NCBI RefSeq assembly: GCF_006345805.1
Contig: NC_043008.1
Location: 49,972,001 to 50,036,000, forward strand
Direction: 5' to 3'
Origin: Octopus sinensis
Taxonomy: Eukaryota
Length of the DNA stretch: 64,000 nucleotides
The notes under the pieces: generated by a model
Databases searched by the model: none
What the model saw: the letters and a program-made list of their open reading frames with translations, nothing else
What the model was told of the DNA's origin: nothing
Shown here: positions 13,564 through 26,900 of the stretch, piece after piece
How positions within the stretch are numbered: the first letter of the stretch is position 1
Layout of the letters: each line of letters opens with the position of its first letter
Translations under genes and position numbers: made by a program

Positions 13564-15986
13564 TAATAATAATAATAATAATAATAATTCTTTTCACTAC
13601 AGCCACAAAGCTTGAAATTTGGCAGGAGGGGGCTAAGATGATTACATCAACCCCTAGTGCTCAACTGGTACTTATTTTATCAAACCCTGAAAAAACAAAC
13701 AGTAAAACTGACCATGGTGGAATTTGAACTCAGAACATAAAGATGTCATTAAGTATTCTGTTTGGCAAGCAAGCAATTCTACCAACCTGCCACCTTCACA
13801 ATAATAATAATATTGATTTTCTTCTATTGCCATGAGGAGGAAAATGAATGTAATGACAATAAGCTAATTGAAGAAGTCAAAGATTATAATCAAAGCAACA
13901 ATCCGACTAAACAGTAAACTACCATTAAACTTGAGTGAATTACATAATTAATTAATTCTAACACAGGCCGACGATGGAGCCCTATGATCACTCAACATGC
14001 TAAACATCATAGCTAAATTCTCTAAAATCGCATCCCTATTATCTAAAAAACAAAATAAGATACATTGGACAGCGTAGTCCAAGGTCCTTTCATCATGTCA
14101 TCTACTCTTACGGTTACTGTTCTATTACAGAGAGGAAATGGTGCTGCTTTGGCACTCACAAGATTTTGGTTGGCCCAGGGCTATGGTAGAAAACATTTGC
14201 CCAAGGTTCCACACAGTGGGACTGAACTCAAGACCACAGGGTTGGAAAACAAGCTTCTTAACCACACAACCACACCAGTAACTCTGCTTGTTTATTTATT
14301 CACATTTTTCCCCCTCCTATTCAGGAAGTAATCAAGTCATTATAAAGTACTTAAAACTGAAAAACCTCAGGGAAAAGACAAGAAAAAGGAGCTAAGTTAG
14401 CCACTGCCAATAATATTGACTGCTAAGGAAACACAGGACTGAGGTGAACTGTTTTTAATTATGTAAAATATTGAATTTTAAAGGGAAAATCTGGAGAGAA
14501 AGAGAAAAAAAAATTGGGGTTTCATCAAAGAAGGAAAACCAAATCCAAAAAAGGTTAGAATAAAGATAAAATGAAAAATAATTTCTGTGGCCTCAAACAG
14601 AAAGCAAACTTTAATCAGAAGAGATATAGAAACCACCATCTGCTTGAAATAGCAGTGAAATCTCCCTCAGATCACAACAAACTGTATTAGATAAAAATAC
14701 ACTAAGATGTGGTTCTGGGTCCCTTGCCTGTAGGAAAACAAGGCAACAGTCATTGTTAGAATGCTTTTAATCACAGATCTGACCTGGGGCTAAATGACAA
14801 CAACACGAGTCAACAAGAGGGCTTCTATGTGGTTGTTTTGTACGACATGCTAGAAATAACGACCAAATTTGCTTGAGAATTCTACCATTGACAAATATAA
14901 CAACCTCCTTTTGAAAATTCCTACCAAATAATATTTACAAAGAGAATAAAATGAAGCATATTTCATTCACAGGCTGAAAATATTCCAGAATACACCGTAT
15001 ATGAATAGACAAGGTAAATACCTCTCCCAAAATCAAATATATCAATGAATCACTTTGATGATACTCTGAGGATAACTTGCAGGAACCCAAATTAATAAAA
15101 TCCTCGACAACCCAACCCTTAATGATATTCTTAACCCACAGAAAAATTATTAAAATCACTCTTACCCCATTGGCAAAGAATAATGTAGAAATAAGTAAAA
15201 TTGAAACAAATATAAAAAATAGTAAAAGAAAGAATGGTTTGATAGGAAATTGACCTTTAGTTAAAGCCTGGAAAAAAAAACAAAAGAAAATACATCAAGT
15301 AAATATGTAAAAGAACACAGACAAAAAAACATATTCCATGTGTCAGTTGTTTGTACACAGGGATACAGTTGTAGTTACATTGAGGGAAGTAAATACTTAG
15401 GCCTTTGGTATTCAAACTAGCCACACCCGGTTCAAATATTCTATAAGTTTTATGCTCAGACTGACCAGATCTGGCCTCTTACACTCACCCTACAATGTCA
15501 TTCTAGGAGTAAACAATTGCTTTGTCAAAGTCTTGAAGCTTTGAGATTAATGCTTGATTAATTCAAGACAATGTGAATAAATAGGGATTACATTTGACAG
15601 AGTATTCTGAATATTGAAGGGTTAAATTAAGGAAACATTTCTCATACAAATTATTTTAACAAAATAAAAGTTTAGACTATTTTTATAAATATTAATTTTT
15701 ATGAGTATTAATTTTTTTTATAGATTTAAATTATAACATGGATTTTAGCTTCATACAAAAATGGTAACATTATATATAATATGGAAACAATATTTTAATT
15801 GTAAGTAACTAAAAAAACTGTTATTCACAGAGAAAAACAAAATTGAATGAATACATTTCTAATATATTATAGGAATTCATTTTCAAAAATCTCACAATAT
15901 GGATTTTTGTTTTTGTAGTTTGATAGAGTTGTTACAATAATAATAATAATAATATTAATAATAATAATAATAATATTAATATTAAT

Positions 15987-16023
<37 letters not shown>

Positions 16024-16028
16024 TTAAT

Positions 16029-16065
<37 letters not shown>

Positions 16066-16251
16066 GTATTAATAACAATAATAATAATAGTATTAATAAT
16101 AATAATAGTAACAATAATAGTATTAATGATAATAATAATAGTAGTAGTAACAGTAGTATTAATAATAATAATAATAATAGTATATTAATAATAATAATTA
16201 ATAACGATAATAATAGTACTCATAATAATAATAACAATAGTATTAATGATG

Positions 16252-16285
<34 letters not shown>

Positions 16286-19200
16286 TTAACTTTTAGATAT
16301 AATGATAATAATTTAAATTATTAATTCATTTGCATATTAACGAATAAAGATAAAAAATCAATAAGTAAATGAGTTAAGTAGATGAGTAGTAGATAACAAA
16401 TGGGGTGGTGGGGGGACAACTAGGTATGTAAAATCTAGGGAGTCATTTTTAGAGGGTCTGAGGCTTAGATTGAGTAAAGAGCGGATATGTTAAGAATGCA
16501 TTCAGAGTATAACAAAGGGCAGAGTGTAAGTAGAAGGATAAAATGGGAAAATAACTTGGAAGAGGCAATACCAGGGTGGGGGGAAAAAATTGAAAAATGA
16601 AAAACAGGTAGAAAGAAAAATGTAAGAAGATAAGAATAATAACAGATTTGTAATAAGTATAATAATAATAATAATAATAATAACAATAACAATAATAACA
16701 GTAACAATAACAATAATAATAATAAAAATAATAATCTTTTCTACTAAAGGCACAAGGCCTAAATTTTGGAGGAGGGAGCCAGTCGATTAGATCGACCCCC
16801 AGTTCACAACTGGTTCTTAATTTATCGACCCTGAAAGGATGAAAGGCAAGGTCGACTTTGGTGGAATTTGAACTCAGAGCATACCAATGGGTGAAATACT
16901 TCTAAGCATTTTGTCCAGCGTGCTAACAATTCTGTCAGCTGGCCACCTTAAATAATAATAATAATAATAATAATAATCCATTCTAATATAGGCAATAATA
17001 ATAATAATAACAATAATAAATAGAAATAACCAATTTATGATGGACTAGATTAAAATGGGAGTTATTTTTGTTTTATTTAAGCCAGTGGTTCTCAACCAGG
17101 GTCCAGAAGATTTTTTGGGGTTCAAGTAACAAAATTTGGGAATCCACAATAGTATTTTAAGGGCCCCCGAAACAAATTTTTCTTTAGATGTATGTATTGG
17201 TATGTATTGCAAGAAACAGTTGGATTTCTTTCTCTCGCATTTTACATAATTCAACCTACACAGGTTAATGTGTGAAAAACAGAATGGGAATTTTGAAAGA
17301 AGTTTCTATAAAACTAGTTTTTAAACATTGAATATTTATGGGGGTCCACCAGAATAAAATAGTAATCAAAGGGATCCATAGGTTGAGAACCCCTGATCCT
17401 GTGTATTATATGTGATACAAAGGGCATATTTCGCTGGTGTATATACATCATGTATGATACACATTACCAGTTTTTTTTTCAACCATCAGAATAAGTTGGA
17501 ACTCATGAAAGGAGAGTTTTATATTATTCAGAATGGAGAGAGACAAAGGTTGGCTGGAAGTCTGGAAACAAACAGAAGTTTTGGACTAACTTATGAAAAT
17601 GCTGAGGACAGGAAAAGGATTTACTGTCTTCATTTTGTAGAAACTATCAAGGTATTTTGAGAGCAAATTATCATCATCATCATCATCATTATTTAACGTC
17701 TGCTCTCCATGATGACATGGCTTAGGATGGTTTGAGTGAAGCTGTTGAGCTGGCGAGGTGCACCAGGAACCAGTCTGATTTGGCATGATTTCTACAGCTG
17801 GATGCCCTTCCTCACGCCAACCACTCCAGGAGTATAATGGGTGCTTTTAGGTGCCATTTACACGATACCAGCAACAACCACAACTACAATCGATGGGTGG
17901 GTGCCGTTTACATGGCACTGGCAGCAACCACGAATATGATCCATGTGTGCCATTTGCATACCAATAACCACAACTCAAGGGTGCAAATATTTCAGAATAT
18001 GCATCAAAATTTAAATTCAAGATACTAAATCGGAAACTAATATTTATGTCTCACAATATTTTTGATTCAGAATTGGAAGAGAGGGAAATGAATTTTTTTT
18101 TTTTTTTATTCTCTCTTGTAAATACAAACAATTTGAATTAATAATATTCAAAGGAGAAACAAAATATGTTAAAACAGATACATTATTATACAACTTGGGT
18201 TGATAAACTGATATTTATCAATTAGAGACATATTGAATTTTTTTTTCTTTTATCATTTTCTGTGAGCAATGCAGAATAGGTACATGCTCTTCATTAGCTG
18301 CAAGAATATGGTTCATTGCTTCAAAGAGTAAGGCAGGAGGAGAAAAAAGAAAGGAAAGAGTAATAACACACACCATTCAAAAAATAAGTAATTCCTTTTG
18401 CAGGTGGGCAGTGGGGGGGGTGTTTATATGTGGGAACTGAGGGGAGGGGGAAAACTGAAATAGAAATTATTGAAATATCAGTTTAGGTTGATAGAAAGAG
18501 CATTGCAAGTGATGTTTTTGTCAAGAGAAGTTGACATCTACTGCATGCGAAATATCACAGGTAATCCTTGGGAATCTGGAAATATTTCAGTGAATCATTT
18601 TGTTTTTGATATTAGAACTTTTTAGACAGACAGACTAATTGAAGCTAGGGAAAAATAAAGTTTCTAGTTCTGTTAAATCCCTGTTAGAGAATTTCAATAT
18701 CAGGATCATTTAAACAACTATCAGAGATCAATCGGTAATGAGACCGAAGGAAAGTGACTCAGGGGAGCATTCTGCTTATTATACACACATACACACACAC
18801 ACACACGTGGTAATGTCTCACATTTGTGATGCAGTGCATTCTAAAAGTTTTAATTAATTGAAATTATTCATGCAGTTAGTAGGCAGAAATATGCCCTGGG
18901 TGGGGGTGGAGGCCTAAAGTCTTATAAAAGAGAAAAAAAAGACCTGTTCCAACTAAAAGAGATAACTCCAATAGTATCAGTTATTTGAAGTGCCTGAAAT
19001 CTATATCACTTATAGATTATATATCGCTGATATAGAGATAACTTATAGGTTATACATCAACCATAAGCAGATTATATGTCAACCATATAAAAATTATATA
19101 TAGATTGGTCAGTGAAAATGGATTGGAATAGCTTCAAGATATTTCTGGGAAGAATATTTAAATTCCAGCAATTGAAGCCAAAAGTATTGCTAAATAAAGT

Positions 19201-20546
19201 CAAAGACTACAATCAACAACTGGAGTTCTTTAGAAAGTAAATTTAACAAATAGAGAGAGGGGAGTGCAAGAGAGAGAGAGAGAGAACAACTAATAATTCT
19301 ATTAAAGTATAAATTTAAGGCTGATTTGAATATTCTAACAGGTTTTTTTCTGCAAGAAATATCTACCACATTTGTTTTTCCTTCATTTTTCCATGCTATC
19401 AAGGGATGGATGAATACATATGCAACTCATATAAGCTTAACACATTTGCAGTGAAAAGCAGGTACGTTCACTCAAAGTCTCGTTACCTTCAATAACGAGA
19501 AAGCAATTTTGTATACGAATTTATCTTTTGTTGAGGAATGGGATGTGTCAAGTTTATTGAAGCAAATGTGGCTTGCAGAAAATACCAATTCTATTCTTTG
19601 GTAGATAATTAACATCATTAACTTGAATAACCATGAAATTTAATTTCACAGTTTAAGGATTAAAGTGGGGTGAAGCATAACTTTTGAATGATTAATCAGT
19701 AATGCAAATCTATAAATTGTTTTCTGTTTGGCAAGTAAACCTACCGTAGTGCCAAAAGAGAAAATGGTTGTAATGGTTGTGCTTGGAAATTCATAGAACA
19801 GTTGAATTTTGATTTCAGATTTTGGCACAAGACCAGCAACCGCAGTGCTCAACTGGTACTTATTTTATCAGCTCCAAAAGGCAAACTCGGCCTTGACAGA
19901 ATTTGAACTCAGGACATAAAAACGGAAAATGTCATTAAGCATTTTACTAACAATTCTGCCAGTTAACTGCCTTTGAATAGTTGAATATTGGCATAAAATT
20001 GCTCCAAGTGATAGTCAACTCATAAAGATTTAGTTTCTGTGCTATAACTACAATAGAAATTACTTCCAGAGTTAAAACATCAAAACCATGTCAGGTTAGT
20101 TAAAAGTCTGAGTTTGTAGTCTGATGCATTCACGGATGCTTTCGTGATTCACATTGATGCAATTTCATGTCCTTTACATTCCAGAAAAACAGAATTTGGA
20201 AAAAAAAAATAATTAGCAATTAGTAATCAAAAACGGAGAACAAAGCTTTCTCAAATAAATTCATCCACAGAGGGCATTGATTAAAAAAAAAAAACATTAA
20301 CAGGAAAGTGAAATACAAATATATATATATATATATGCATATAGTCAAGACTGCTTTGAAGACCAAATAACAGCATTTAAGAAACAGTTTCTGAATCATG
20401 CTTTGAAGAGAAGTCGAATTCTTGGAAAACATTATGGAGAAGAAGAAGTGTGTTGTGTGTGTGCGTGTATGTGCGCACACACGAATGTATGTGTGTGCAA
20501 GTGTGTCTATATGTATATATATATATATATATATATACATACATAC

Positions 20547-20583
<37 letters not shown>

Positions 20584-21247
20584 CAAGCACATAATGTCTC
20601 CATGTACTTGTATTTTTTTTTGTTTGTTTGCGTTAATTTTTATATAACTTTTGGATTTGAAGCAAGCACAACAAATAATGGGGTTTTGAAATACCTGTTG
20701 CTTATCTGGAAGAAAAGTTTTTTTTATGAAATTCATTGGAAGTTTAAAAAAAAGAGGAAGATTTGTATCAGTGATGTTTTTTTTTTTTTTTAGTCTTTTC
20801 CAGAAACAGGAAGCTTTGTGTAGCCAAAAACAAAGGAATTTAAGATGGGAAAAAGGGAAGGAAGGAAAAAAATTACTATCAAAGGGTCAAGAAGGACGTG
20901 CATCATATAAAAGCCCACACTTTACCGATTTGAGGAAAGAAACATTGCGCTTTCTTTTAAAGCTGCTAGGCCTTAGTCCAGGAGGCAGTCTTTTAAAATG
21001 GGGAGGTGATACCTAAAGGAACCAAGATATAGATGTGCACTTTCTAAATAACTATGAAGCTGTAAAAAGCAAGCGACAACAACTTAGATTAATATCAAGC
21101 CAAACGTGTGAAACACAAATTTATTTATATATATATATACACACATACATATATATATATATATATACATACACACACATAGATGGATATATACACACAC
21201 ACAGACACGCACATTATATACATATATATATCCACATATATATGTGA

Positions 21248-21285
<38 letters not shown>

Positions 21286-22719
21286 GACATACACTCACAC
21301 ACATACACACACACACACACACACACATACACACACACAAATACATACACACACATATAGCTGTAAAACCACCTTTCCTTTTACAGATGTCCTAGAAATT
21401 TCACACTGCCTTGGTTTTGTTGTTTCATTTTATTTAACACACACACACAAAATACATATAATAAACATAGTATATACTATTTTATGAGCTACTAATAGTT
21501 TCATGTGACGAAAACAACTCAGTCTGGTGCTTTTATGCAATCCTCAGACTCTGACCACCTGGCATAACAAGCTATAACAGATGTTATAGCTTGTTATGTC
21601 ATGTGGAGAGAGTCTGAGAATTGCATGAAGGCACCAGATGTGTTATAAAATACTGAGTTGTTTTCATTGCATGAAACTATTAGTAGCTCATAAAAATATA
21701 TACTGTGTTTATTATGTAATATTTATTTCCCACCAGATGGACTGCATTTTTGTTGATCTTACCATTGCTCTTCCTTCTCCCACCACCCAAACCAACCTCC
21801 CACACTGTCCCTTAAAATAGTAAATAACCTTTAGCTTCATACAAAATGAAAATGATAAAACAGGTCAGTTCATCTCAAATTCTTTGTAAACTCCTAAATA
21901 TATCTCCTTCTGTGTATATATATACTACCAAATATGACCTTTTTTGAACTTATAATTTTCTGTTTATATATATATATAGATACTTCAAACAAACATGATT
22001 TTTAATGAAACCCTAATATTTTTATTGAAATTTTTGTTCAGTATTTTCTCAAGATATTTCCTTGTAAACTGTTTTTAACATTTTCTTATTATTATCAAAG
22101 AATGTATATATGTATTGCAATATTTTGTGACAACCAGTACCTAACACAACAAAGCTTTTACATTTTACTTTTGACAATCTTTTTCTAAAAAAGTGAAACC
22201 GGTCAAGTTAATAAAAATCTTTTAAAATTGCATTTTCAAACCTTCATTCATATATATATATATGAGAAACTTTTGTAAACTTCCAAATGCTCTTTTTAAC
22301 TCAATATTTACATGTTATTTATAACTTTCAGATTGCAGTGTTCCAAAAATAAGAATTAATTCACATTCTCTCAAAACTTTATAGAAAAATTCTTATGAAA
22401 TCAACAAAATACAATTTTCACTGGTAAGAATAAAGTTTCTAAAATGGATAGAAAAATTTGAAGGATTACTTTGGTCCAATGGTAGAACATCTGCCATGTC
22501 TACAGGGGAGGTGGATTTCAATCCCATCGGCAGCCTTTTATATACATATATATATACATGGTGCAGGCATGGCCATGTAGGAAGAAGCTTGCTTCCCAAC
22601 AACATAATTCCAGGTTCAGTCCCACTGTGTGGCACCTTAGGCAAATGTTTTCTACTATAGCCGCGAGCCGACCAGAGCCTTGTGAGTGGATTTGGTAAAC
22701 AGAAATTGAAAGAAGCCTG

Positions 22720-22755
<36 letters not shown>

Positions 22756-23928
22756 GTGTGTGTATGTGTGTATGTATGTTTTTGTGTGTATCTTTGTGTC
22801 TGTGTTTGTCCTCCCACCATCGCTTGACAACCAGTGTTGTTGTGTTTACATCCCCGTAACTTAGCTGTTTGGCAAGGTGCCTAATAGAATAAGTACTAGG
22901 CTTAAAAATAAACCCTGGGGTTGAGTTGTTCAACAATAAACACTTCAAGGCAGTGCTCCAGCATGGCTCCAGTCAAATGACTGTAACAAATAAAAGAATA
23001 TATATACAAGGGGAAGCCAAAAATTGTCCACACTTTCACCATAACATATCTTTATTATTGTCACACTACCTTCTGCGCATGCATGCTTATAGTTGTCACT
23101 ATTGGGGTCAAGTGATCGAAATTTCAGCTTGACCATGCCATTTTTCTGTCTGGCTTTACAGTGTAAGCATGTAAAAGAGAACAAACAGCAGTGATCCGAT
23201 TTTTCTGGAAGACTACCTGGAAAAGGTGTGTACGATCAACAGTGCAAGATACAGTGCTTTGCTGGCCAACAGACTGAAGCCAGCAATTCATACCAAACCC
23301 TGAACCCTGTTGTTGAAGAAAGTTTTATTGCTGCATGACAATGCATGCCCACACACAATCACCCAGACCATTGAAACCAATTGGGTTTTGAAGTGCTAAG
23401 ACATCTTGCCTACAGCCCAGATCTCGCCCTTTCTGACTATCATATCTTTGGACCGCTTGAAGATGGTTTACGAGGCTGTCGATTTCCTACGGATGAAGAT
23501 GTGGAGGAAGTGGTGCATAAATGGTTGCATGACCAACCGGAAACCTTCTTGTTGGAGGAAATGCACAAGCTTGTGGACCACTGCACCAAGTGTATTGCAA
23601 AGGAAGGATGCTATGTAGAAAAATGCCGGACTTGTTTATTATACCCTGCTTTTGTGTAAATACATTGAAAAAACAAGAGTGTGTATAATTTTTGACTCTT
23701 TCTCATATATATAAAGTGGATACATGCACATATATGGCCTCCATGTCTAAATCTCTCTGAAGTTCACTTTGCCTTTTATCTATCTGAGGTTAGTAAAATA
23801 AATAAATAAATACAGATGTCAATATAACTGAGTGTACTCCAAAGGTTGGTACCCCAGCATGGCCACAGTTCAATGATTGAAAGAAATTATTCAGACAGGC
23901 TGTAATCATGTATTTACCACACAACCCA

Positions 23929-23965
<37 letters not shown>

Positions 23966-26900
23966 GTATGTATACTTGACCATCCACAAGTGTTATTAGA
24001 AATTAGTAAGTTACTCTATTGAGTATTCAACCTACTTAAAATAGCAGCCAAATTTCCCTGAAAGTTATACCTTGCCATTTTAAAAACAAAACAGGGCAGA
24101 GTAAATAACTATCCCTTATAAGACAACTCAGCAGGTCAACTTCATTATAGACTAAGACAGGACTATTTAATTACAATAAAGTGTCTTCTTTGATCGCTTT
24201 ATTTAAAGTTCAGGTCAGTATGCTAGGATTTATAAATATAAGAGTATCATTCAATTATATGTACATCATCATCATCATCATCGTTTAACGTCCGCTTTCC
24301 ATGCTAGCATGGGTTGGACATTTTGACTGAGGTCTGGTAAACCAGATGGCTGCACCAGACTCCAATCTGATCTGGCAGAGTTTCTACGGCTGGATGCCCT
24401 TCCTAATGCCAACCACTCCATTACATTAAATTACAAACATTTAGAGACAGACAGACAGACAAATTTAGAGAGTGAGGTGGGTGTACACTAACTATGAGGT
24501 TCAACAACAACAGGTGTGAATGCTCGTTACAAATGGGATTATTATTCAGTCATCAGAGAAGTATATATTTTATCAAAAGCAGTTTTATCTGATTCATATC
24601 AAAGCTAATACTGATTTCAGATTTTGGAACAAGGCCAGCAATGTTGTGGGAGGAGTAAGTTAATTACAGAAAATACAGTATGTATACACACATTGATACA
24701 TATAACTGAGAACAGAGTGGTGCTTCCATGCACTGAGTTAATTCTTGATCTGAAAGGAATCTTCGGCTTTAAGTTCTGAAATGCAGTTCAAGAGTCTCAA
24801 ACTCCACCACAAACCCAGCAAATATATTCTTCCTGGTTTTGCAAAAGTAGACATAATGTAAATTGTTTTTTCTAAATAGTCATGGCAGTAGAAAACAACA
24901 AGGAATTGATAGAAAGCAAAAATGTGTAAATTCTATGAAAGATTTGTCTTAAAAAGGGACGTAATTTGGTGAATTATGGAGAATTACATTCAAGCCTTCA
25001 TATCTACAAAAATAAAACCCCTTTTGATACCAATGCACTAGAGACTACCACTGATACAAACTTCCTGTGTTAGAGCGATACATAATCAAAACCATTCATC
25101 AGGATTTTATGGTAATTAATGTTCCAAATATCCGATTGCTGAAGAGAAAGTATTTTTTCTAAATTCTTCATTATCTTCAAAAGTAACTGAGACAAAGCTA
25201 GAGTAATTTCATTGGAAATATGGTAACAAGAGGGTTAAACCAGCAAAGGACACTTTCTATACAGTCACTGAACCTGCTAGAAATAGCAGACAAATATTCC
25301 TCAAATCACATTCTACCATCTAAAAAATAAAATAAAATAAAATAAAGTAAATGGAGATGTTGGTCAAAGGAAAAAGCTTCAGATATAGAATTATACAGGA
25401 TGGTCACTGCTTGAACATTTTTGATCACAGATCTGACTGCTGTATAAGGTCTGATCTGGGGTTAAACACAAAACAGCAACAATAATAATAATTGTATCAT
25501 TTACTTGGACATTTTCCCTTTTACTTCTTTTTTATATTTTTAACAAATTTCATGTCCTATTTTTCAGGCTAAATTGGTGAGATGCTTTTAAAAAATTTGA
25601 ACAATTATAGGAAAATTTGAAGCAACTGAGTCCAAAGGTTGATTGTCGTAACCATTGACCTTGTCCAGAAAATTCACTGATGGCAACTCACCAACCAACA
25701 ATTTACTCTCAGGTACAGTCAAAATAATTTTTGCCAGCTTAAAAAAGGGAAGACCAGTTTTTTTTTTCCTCCATCATTTTTAAATCAGGAGAGAAGGCAG
25801 TATCCATGGCCCTCTATGGGGCCTCTGAGACTAGTGGCAGGGAGAGAGGAAAGTATCCTTAAAACAGAGAACTGGCCCAAATGCTTGCAACAGAGGGATC
25901 TCTGCTAAAGGCACCCAAGGTGCCAGATTCCTTTAAAGAGACAAAAATAAAGCAACTATACTGAAAGATTAAAAACACTTGTTGTGAACTATGAACCTAA
26001 TAAGTCTGCTGTAGGGAATGCACATGGCTTTGTCTTAAGGGTATTCGGCTCATGATCATAAAGTCATAAGTTCAATTCCTGGTGGCATGTTGTGTCCTTG
26101 ATTGACACACTTTATTTCACATTGATCCTGGCCACTCAGTTGGCAAAAATAAGTAGTAACTGTTTTTCAAAGGACCAGCCTTGTCACATTTCATGTGACA
26201 CTGAATCTCCCTGAGAACTACATTAACCCTTTACATTAACATTACCAACCCGGCTGAAACCAGTTCTGGCTCTGTAGTACAAATGTCTTGTTTTCATAAG
26301 TTTTTAATTAAAATCTTCCACCAAACCTTAGTCACAATTTATGTTCCTAACACTAACTTAATGATAACTAAGTTATTTTACTAAATTCATTGTTATATTT
26401 AAAGTAATTGAAAGAAACACAGAGCATCTCAAAATAAATACAGTAACGAAAGGTTGAGGGGACATGTGCTCAGTCAGTCGCATGTTAATTTTATGAGCAA
26501 GCTATTCTGTTGATCGGATCAACTGGAATGCTTGTTATTATAACCAATGCAGTGCCAGTATTCAAGTCCATTGTTTCAATTTTAAGAGATTTACTTCATA
26601 AGCCCTCATTTTAGAAATCCATTTACTTCTTTTAATGTTTTGATATTTAAAAAATAAATTGTAGTTTAGGACTCAACAGCAACAACAACAACATTATAAG
26701 TCCCATAATCATAGGTACAATCAAACTGAAACAAGGAGAGTGATGTAGTTGTCCTTACAGATGCAGTTCAATAAGATTTGAACCTTCAACCATGTGGATG
26801 AAAATCTAGTATTTGAATGATGGCCTGTTTGTTGGTTAAGAAGTATTTGGTGGTTCTGCAAATGAAACTGACAGAATAAATACCAGGCTTTAAAAAAATA

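Noticed and set aside
21763-21810. 48-nt symmetric exon candidate [16 protein letters not shown]
   Set aside because: Good donor but weak acceptor and low-complexity purine sequence; likely chance
25860-25931. Possible alternative terminal exon [23 protein letters not shown]
   Set aside because: Only an acceptor; no donor, homology or poly(A) evidence
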